Source of the DNA: Gemmatimonadota bacterium
Lineage (GTDB): Bacteria; Gemmatimonadota; Gemmatimonadetes; Gemmatimonadales; GWC2-71-9
Reading direction: 5' to 3'
Assembly: GCA_036679605.1 (NCBI GenBank)
Contig: JAZDCZ010000392.1
Coordinates: 1 to 41,367, forward strand
DNA: 41,367 nucleotides
Below, one piece after another: positions 35,851 to 41,367 of this stretch. Position 1 is the first letter of the stretch, and each line of letters opens with the position of its first letter. Under the pieces are notes generated by a model that saw only the letters and a program-made list of their open reading frames with translations, searched no databases and had not been told where the DNA came from. The translations under genes were made by a program, and so were the position numbers.

Positions 35851-37866
35851 ATGAAGATCATGGTTCCCCTCACGCTCCTCGCGCTGTCCGCTCAATTACT
35901 ATTTGCCCAGACTGCCGAACATGACGTAACGGAGTGGACCCCCGAACTCTCCATGCAGTACAAGACGATCCGTGGGACGGCAATGTCACCCGACGGCAAG
36001 CTCGTGGCGTACGTGGTCAGGGAGCCGGTCATGGAAGGAAAGAAGTCCGAGTACCTGAGCCAGATATGGATCGTCTCCGCAGACGGAAAAACGAACATCC
36101 AGTACACCCACGGAAACAAGTCATCCAGCAGCCCGTCGTTCTCGCCCGATGGCGAATACCTCGCCTTCACCTCGTCGCGCTCCGACACGAACCAAGTCTG
36201 GGTCATGCGGGTCCGGGGCGGGGAAGCGATCCAGATAACACACGGAGAAAAGGGTGTGGGCTCATACCGCTGGTCACCCGACGGTTCGTACATCGCCTAC
36301 ACGAAGCGGGATCCCGATACCGATGACGAGAAAACGGCCAAGAAAGAGAAACGTGACGTGATCCTGGTGGACCAGAACTTCAAGTTCAGCCACCTATACA
36401 CCGTCGCTATTGCCCAGGATGAACACGGCGAGCGCGAGACGAAGCGGCTCACATCCGGCTCGTTCCACGTGACTTCGTTCGACTGGTCGCCCGATGGAAA
36501 AATGATTGCATTCACGCACCAGCCGGATCCGAGGATCAACCAGGGCGGAGCGAGCGATATCTCCATTACGCCCTCCGATAGCGGGGCGGTCAGACCGTTG
36601 GTAAGTCAGCCCGGCAGCGATGGCAGCCCCAGGTACTCGCCTGACGGCCGGAAGATCGCTTTCATCTCGGACGGTGGCTCGCCTCAGGCGATCGGCATGG
36701 GCGACGTCTACCTGGTTTCAGCCAGTGGTGGGCCACTGGAGAAGCTGGCCGACACGCCCGATCGCAGGGCCTCAATGTTGGCATGGACCGCGGACGGCGC
36801 GAACGTGTTGGTCACCGAAGCCGTGCGAACGACCAGGCAGGTCGTCCTGGTGCCGGCAAACGGGAGTGCGCCGACTCTGCTGGGCTCAGGCGATGGTGTG
36901 GTTGGTGCCGCGTCGTTCGATCGGGCAACTGCTCAAATCGCCTTCACCTACCAGGAGCCGGAGACACCGGCAGACGTGTATGTCTCTCCGGTTAGCCGGT
37001 TCCAGAAGACGAAGCTGACCTCGATCAATAACGGCGTGCCACGGCCGGCAATGGGGCGAACGGAGCTAATTAGTTGGAAATCGAAGGACGGCTTGGCGAT
37101 CGAGGGATTGCTCACCTATCCGGTCGGCTACCGACAGGGCAGGGCGTATCCACTAATCCTCAACGTCCACGGCGGGCCCGCGGGAGCCTATTCGCGAGGG
37201 TTCACAGGCGCCGCCAGCGCGTACATGCTGCAGTACTTCGCACAGAGCGGTTTTGCTATTCTACGGGCCAATCCGCGCGGCAGCACGGGATAAGGTAAGG
37301 AGTTTCGCTACGCGAATTTCAAGGATTGGGGCTACGGCGACTACGAGGACGTGATGAGCGGGGTCGACAAGGTGATCGACATGGGAGTGGCACATCCCGA
37401 CAGCCTGGCGCTCATGGGCTGGAGCTACGGCGGCTACATGACGTCGTTCATAGTCACGCGCACCAATCGTTTCAAGGCGGCCAGCATGGGCGCGGGGCTA
37501 CCTAACCTGATCAGCATGGTGTCCACGACGGACATTCCCAACTATCTGGTAGCGCACATGGGCTCGGAATTTTGGGACGATTACGCGACCTACGAGAAGC
37601 ACTCCGCGATCTACCGCATAAAGAACGTCACTACGCCCACCCAGGTGATTCACGGCGCGAGGGACCTACGAGTGCCGTTTACACAGGGGCAGGAGTTCTA
37701 CGTCGCGCTCTCGAGGCGCGGGGTGCCGACGGAGATGATCGTTTACCCCAGAACCCCGCACGGACCGCGCGAGCCCAAGTTCGTGATGGACGTGTCGCAG
37801 CGCATCATGAAGTGGTTCAACACACACCTTCGCAAAGGAGTGGCGGCTGCTGCGGCAGGGCGATGA
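35851..37866 (+). pseudogene. S9 family (acylaminoacyl/dipeptidyl) peptidase interrupted by one in-frame TAA
   Basis: PD40-type propeller repeats (SPDG), VHGGP, NPRGSTG*GKEF (TAA at 37291-37293 where Tyr is expected). The same frame continues to GWSYGG, D(LRVP) and H. Confidence 0.85.
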
Positions 37867-38597
37867 TCGGGAACTGTGCGGCGCTTCCGGAGACACTCGC
37901 CGAGGCCGAGCTGTTCGGGTGGGAACGCGGTGCCTTTACCGGTGCTCATCGAGGGAGCGAGGGTTTACTGGAAACCGCGGACGGTGGAACTCTCTTTCTC
38001 GACGAAGTATGCAGCCTGGCGGTAGGTATCCAGGCCAAGCTGTTGCGGGCGATCGAATTCAAGGATTTCCGGCGGGTGGGAGCACCTACACAACGTTCGT
38101 CGGATTTCCGACTGGTCGCGGCCGTTTCAGAACCGGTCGAAGCGCTTGTTCGCCAGTCCAGGCTGCGGGCTGATTTCGCGTATCGCATCTGCGGTGTGGT
38201 TGTGAACCTTCCACCGCTTCGTGATCGTGGAGCGGACGTCAAGTTGTTGGCGGAGCACTTCCTCTCTGAGGCCGGTGCCAACGGTTCTTCGAAGTCACTG
38301 GATTCGACAGCGTTGAGATCGCTCGTAACGCACGACTGGCCTGGCAACGTGCGCGAGCTGAAGACCCTGATGGAGCGGCTCGACTTGTTGGTCGACAGAG
38401 AGTTGGTAACAGAAGCCGATCTCCGGCCATACCTGGGTAGTCCCGTCTCTCCCCCAAACCCTGCCGAGTTGAGCGACATCCTGCACTCAGAAGGGTGGGA
38501 CGTGACCAGGACAGCGCGGGTATTGGGTATTGGGCGCACAACGCTTTACGATTTGATGCACCGGCACGGTCTCAAGCGTCCCGAATCGGTGGCCTGA
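37863..38597 (+). CDS. 5'-truncated sigma54-dependent activator (partial AAA+ domain plus Fis-type HTH)
   Basis: NCAALP, ELFG, GAFTGA, LFLDEV, WPGNVRELK and ARVLGIGRTTLY are present; Walker A and any sensor domain are absent. Confidence 0.8.
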   Translation: MIGNCAALPETLAEAELFGWERGAFTGAHRGSEGLLETADGGTLFLDEVCSLAVGIQAKLLRAIEFKDFRRVGAPTQRSSDFRLVAAVSEPVEALVRQSRLRADFAYRICGVVVNLPPLRDRGADVKLLAEHFLSEAGANGSSKSLDSTALRSLVTHDWPGNVRELKTLMERLDLLVDRELVTEADLRPYLGSPVSPPNPAELSDILHSEGWDVTRTARVLGIGRTTLYDLMHRHGLKRPESVA

Positions 38598-38634
38598 GAG
38601 TGTTCGGGCGAACGGATGGAGTGTTCGGGCGAAC
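38598..38634 (+). promoter_or_regulatory. Tandem palindromic activator-binding sites (sigma54 enhancer)
   Basis: GAGTGTTCGGGCGAAC occurs twice (38598-38613 and 38619-38634), 21 bp apart; each has a GTTCG-GG-CGAAC dyad. Confidence 0.65.
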
Positions 38635-38671
38635 ACTTTCCGGAGACGGCTCGAATATCTAACACTTTTTC

Positions 38672-38684
38672 TATCAACAACTTA
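38672..38684 (+). promoter_or_regulatory. IHF-binding site
   Basis: TATCAACAACTTA is an exact match to WATCAANNNNTTR, with a T-tract upstream, and lies between the enhancer and promoter. Confidence 0.65.
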
Positions 38685-38699
38685 GCGACTAACTGATCG

Positions 38700-38714
38700 A
38701 GGCACGCTCCGTGC
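38700..38714 (+). promoter_or_regulatory. sigma54 (-24/-12) promoter
   Basis: AGGCACGCTCCGTGC has GG-N10-GC spacing and resembles TGGCAC-N5-TTGC. Confidence 0.65.
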
Positions 38715-38767
38715 CTTTTAGGGGTGCTGATTTCTCCTTCGAACTCGGCACCAATGGAGCGTGGCCC

Positions 38768-39169
38768 ATGTTGCGTACTCGGCGCTTTGCAGCGGCGTTA
38801 TTTCTTCCACTGGCTCTTCTTTTTTCACAGCCTGACTCGACCGAGGTGATCTCGGCCGGAGTTTCAGTGAGCCCCGACCGGGCAACGACCGAGGCCCGCA
38901 CTGCCGAGACCGGCGGCCACAAGCTGAGCTTCACCGTCACCAACAACGGCACAGAGACTGACACCTACGAACTCATCTGTATAGGCGTGGGCCGGGTGAG
39001 CTGTGACGGTGTGAATCCCACTCACGCCACGCTGGAGCCGGGCCAGAGCACCACCATCGCAGTTACCTACGATGTGAAGCAGGCTGGTGCCGGTCTCGTG
39101 CGCCTGATCGCGTTCAGTGAATCGAGCCTGGCACGTGACGACGGCACCTACCGCATACCGGTCAAGTGA
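38768..39169 (+). CDS. Small secreted Ig-like domain protein
   Basis: Signal peptide; FTVTNNGTETDTY...C...C...TLEPGQSTTIAVTY; paralogous to the N-terminus of the downstream RHS protein. Confidence 0.75.
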   Translation: MLRTRRFAAALFLPLALLFSQPDSTEVISAGVSVSPDRATTEARTAETGGHKLSFTVTNNGTETDTYELICIGVGRVSCDGVNPTHATLEPGQSTTIAVTYDVKQAGAGLVRLIAFSESSLARDDGTYRIPVK

Positions 39170-39267
39170 TCTCACCGATGCTGAGATCACCATCCAAGTC
39201 GAAGCGCTCAACGACAACGAGCTTGGAATCTCTGAACAATAACCAGACACAGTTCGCGGAGGCTGTC

Positions 39268-41367
39268 ATGCCTGCTGCTCGTAAGTTCATTATTACGCTC
39301 GCTGCTCTATCCCTTACTATGGCGTTGCCCAACGTTCTCGCCGGTCAGGGGGGCCCTCCTGGCGGCGGTGGATCGGTCTCGGTAACGCCCGACGGTGCCA
39401 CTGCACCGGACCGGATTGCCAACACCGGGGGCTACAGCGAGAACTTCACGGTTAAGAACACGGGGAGCGGCACCGACACGTTCTTCATAAGCTGCGGCGG
39501 CTCGAGCAATGTCACCTGCACGGGGGTCAGCCCCTCGCAGGTGACACTGGGAGCGAGTCAGAGCACCACGGTGACGGCCAATTACAATGTGGGCGCTGTA
39601 GGGACAGGGAACTTAGACGTTTCGGCCTTCAGCGAGGACACGTTTGCCGAGGACAACGGCTACTACAACGTGCCGGTGATCTCCGCGCTGCCGGTACCCG
39701 AGGTGGACATAACGCCGTATAACTACGAGACCCAGCAGATGGGCCGCTGTGCGGCGTCCTGCTTTGCGGTCACTCATGCCCAGAGCACGGTGCCGTACGT
39801 GAGCGACGACACCCCGCGCAACGTGACCTTGGTCTACCACGGCGACCGTGTGGATCCCAAGCCGTTCATCCACGTCAACGTACAGCACCCGAATGGCCAG
39901 ACACCGGTGCCCCAGAAGTTCTGGCTCGAGGCCAAGAAGGACGGCGTATTGATCACGTTTCTAAATGGAGAGACCACGCTCAAGTTCACGGCGGCGAGTT
40001 CGGGTTGGCAGCGGTTGGCGGGCCAGTTCAACGCGAGTGCCTATAGTACCGGCGTTTACGATCTGGACATCATCGTTACGGCCGATTACGGCGGTCAGGG
40101 CACCCAGCAGAAGGTGACCCAGACCAAGCTGGTGGTGGTAAACGAGAACAACTCCTCGATAGCGCGGGGCTGGAACATTGCCGGTGTGCAGCGGCTCTAC
40201 GTGCAGGGCGACGGCTCGGCGTTGATAACCGAGGGTGACGGCTCGGCGGTCTATTTCCAGAAGTCGGGCAGCACGTTCATAACACCGGCGGGCGAGTTCT
40301 CGAAGCTGGCGGTGAACGGGAGCGGGTGGAAGCGTCTCTACCCCGATTCGACCGATGTGCGGTTCATCAGCAACGGCCGGATGAGCCGCGTGTACGATCA
40401 GTTCAATAATCAGACTCAGTTCACCTACGTCGGCAACAACCTCACCCTGATTACCGATCCGGCCAACAAAATGCTGGTGCTGAGCTACGGGAGCTACGGG
40501 CTGAGTTCGATCAGGAGTACGCTCAGCCCCTACCGCTACACCAACTTCACGGTGCTGTCGAACAAGACACTGACCCAGATGAAGGACCCCGACAACATCG
40601 CGACGAACTTCCAGTACGACGGGAGCCTGAGGCTGTGGAAGGTGACGGACCGGCGTGGCAATACGACGACCCTGGCCTATGATTCGCAATCGGGGAAACT
40701 CGCGAGTGTCACGGCGCCGGCGGTGGCGATTCTGGACTCGGGTACGGTATCACCAGTGACCACCTTTGCCGCCTGGCAGGAAGTGGGAGTGCCCTATAGC
40801 GCGACTTCATCCACACCTGCGTCCATAATGCTGCCCGCAAACGTCAAGGGTACGGTAACCGACCCGGGTGAGCATGTGACGACATTCTCGGTGGACCGCT
40901 GGGGCCAGCCGTTGGCGGCTACCGATCCGTTGGGCACGGTCACCACTATTAGTTACAACAGCAATGGGCTGCCGGTAAGCACGGTGAACTCCACCGATCC
41001 CACGGCGGTCGACAGCCTGGACTACAACTCCGATGGGCTGGTGACGTACGCTAGGCCGGCGGGTGGGACCGCTACGATCACCACGTACGGTGCCTGGGCT
41101 CAGCCTGAGACGATCAACGGCATCGGGCAGCCGAGCCGGACGTTTATACTTGGCACCAACGGCCGTATTGACTCGACCTGGGTCGGTGGCACCAACAAGA
41201 GGCGGTTCACCTACGACTCACGGGGCCGGGTGCTGACTGTCAAGGACGGGCTCAACAACCTGGTGCAGAGTTTTGCTTATTTCGGGACCAACGGGAACAG
41301 GAACATTGCAAGCTCGCCCGGGGGCCGGTCCACCACGTTTGGCTACGATGCCTACGGCCGGTTGACG
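39268..41367 (+). CDS. RHS/YD-repeat protein with Sec signal peptide and N-terminal Ig-like domain (3'-partial, 700 codons visible)
   Basis: Missing from the ORF track because it has no stop. GGAGG RBS, ATG 39268, MPAARKFIITLAALSL...; ARGWNIAG; repeats FQYDGSLRLWKVTDRRGNTTTLAYD, DRWGQPLAATDPLG, FTYDSRGRVLTVKDG, FGYDAYGRLT. Confidence 0.9.
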   Translation, partial: MPAARKFIITLAALSLTMALPNVLAGQGGPPGGGGSVSVTPDGATAPDRIANTGGYSENFTVKNTGSGTDTFFISCGGSSNVTCTGVSPSQVTLGASQSTTVTANYNVGAVGTGNLDVSAFSEDTFAEDNGYYNVPVISALPVPEVDITPYNYETQQMGRCAASCFAVTHAQSTVPYVSDDTPRNVTLVYHGDRVDPKPFIHVNVQHPNGQTPVPQKFWLEAKKDGVLITFLNGETTLKFTAASSGWQRLAGQFNASAYSTGVYDLDIIVTADYGGQGTQQKVTQTKLVVVNENNSSIARGWNIAGVQRLYVQGDGSALITEGDGSAVYFQKSGSTFITPAGEFSKLAVNGSGWKRLYPDSTDVRFISNGRMSRVYDQFNNQTQFTYVGNNLTLITDPANKMLVLSYGSYGLSSIRSTLSPYRYTNFTVLSNKTLTQMKDPDNIATNFQYDGSLRLWKVTDRRGNTTTLAYDSQSGKLASVTAPAVAILDSGTVSPVTTFAAWQEVGVPYSATSSTPASIMLPANVKGTVTDPGEHVTTFSVDRWGQPLAATDPLGTVTTISYNSNGLPVSTVNSTDPTAVDSLDYNSDGLVTYARPAGGTATITTYGAWAQPETINGIGQPSRTFILGTNGRIDSTWVGGTNKRRFTYDSRGRVLTVKDGLNNLVQSFAYFGTNGNRNIASSPGGRSTTFGYDAYGRLT

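Noticed and set aside
37572..37862. N-terminal part of the 341-aa activator ORF
   Set aside because: It is an alternate frame of the peptidase gene and contains no Walker A or sensor motif.
38598..38634. LexA boxes or a mini-CRISPR
   Set aside because: Only two copies with a 5-bp gap, and the dyad orientation (GTTC...GAAC) is opposite to the GAAC-N4-GTTC box; the context fits sigma54 enhancer sites better.
39613..40689. Minus-strand ORFs in the ORF track
   Set aside because: They are antisense shadows of the long plus-strand RHS reading frame.
1..41367. tRNA, rRNA or riboswitch genes
   Set aside because: None recognised by eye; an Infernal/Rfam scan would be needed to exclude them.

Overview
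GC-rich bacterial window. The gene repertoire is tentatively Gemmatimonadota-like; this is inference only. From left to right it contains: (1) the 3' end of an IS transposase, a MazEF-like toxin-antitoxin (TA) pair and small hydrolase/Fe-S genes; (2) a divergent organic-acid catabolic cluster (SSS transporter, malonyl-CoA-synthetase-like ligase, FAD/Fe-S dehydrogenase, serine/alanine-glyoxylate aminotransferase, TRAP system with two DctP paralogues) with an uncharacterised 4Fe-4S/Cys-rich gene pair inside; (3) a ~5.3-kb minus-strand integron-type cassette array (~21.9-27.3 kb) with intact, shrunken and insertion-disrupted attC sites and an attI-like site but no integrase, where one attC carries an IS110 remnant and another a ~143-bp MITE-like element; (4) an accessory stretch with HigBA and VapBC TA pairs (five TA-like pairs in the window overall) and an S9 peptidase broken by one in-frame TAA; (5) a 5'-truncated sigma54 activator, then an enhancer-IHF-sigma54 promoter driving a small secreted Ig-like protein and a signal-peptide-bearing RHS/YD-repeat protein whose N-terminal domain is a paralogue of that small protein. 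The RHS gene runs off the window. All calls are from visual inspection and motif recognition; no searches were run.
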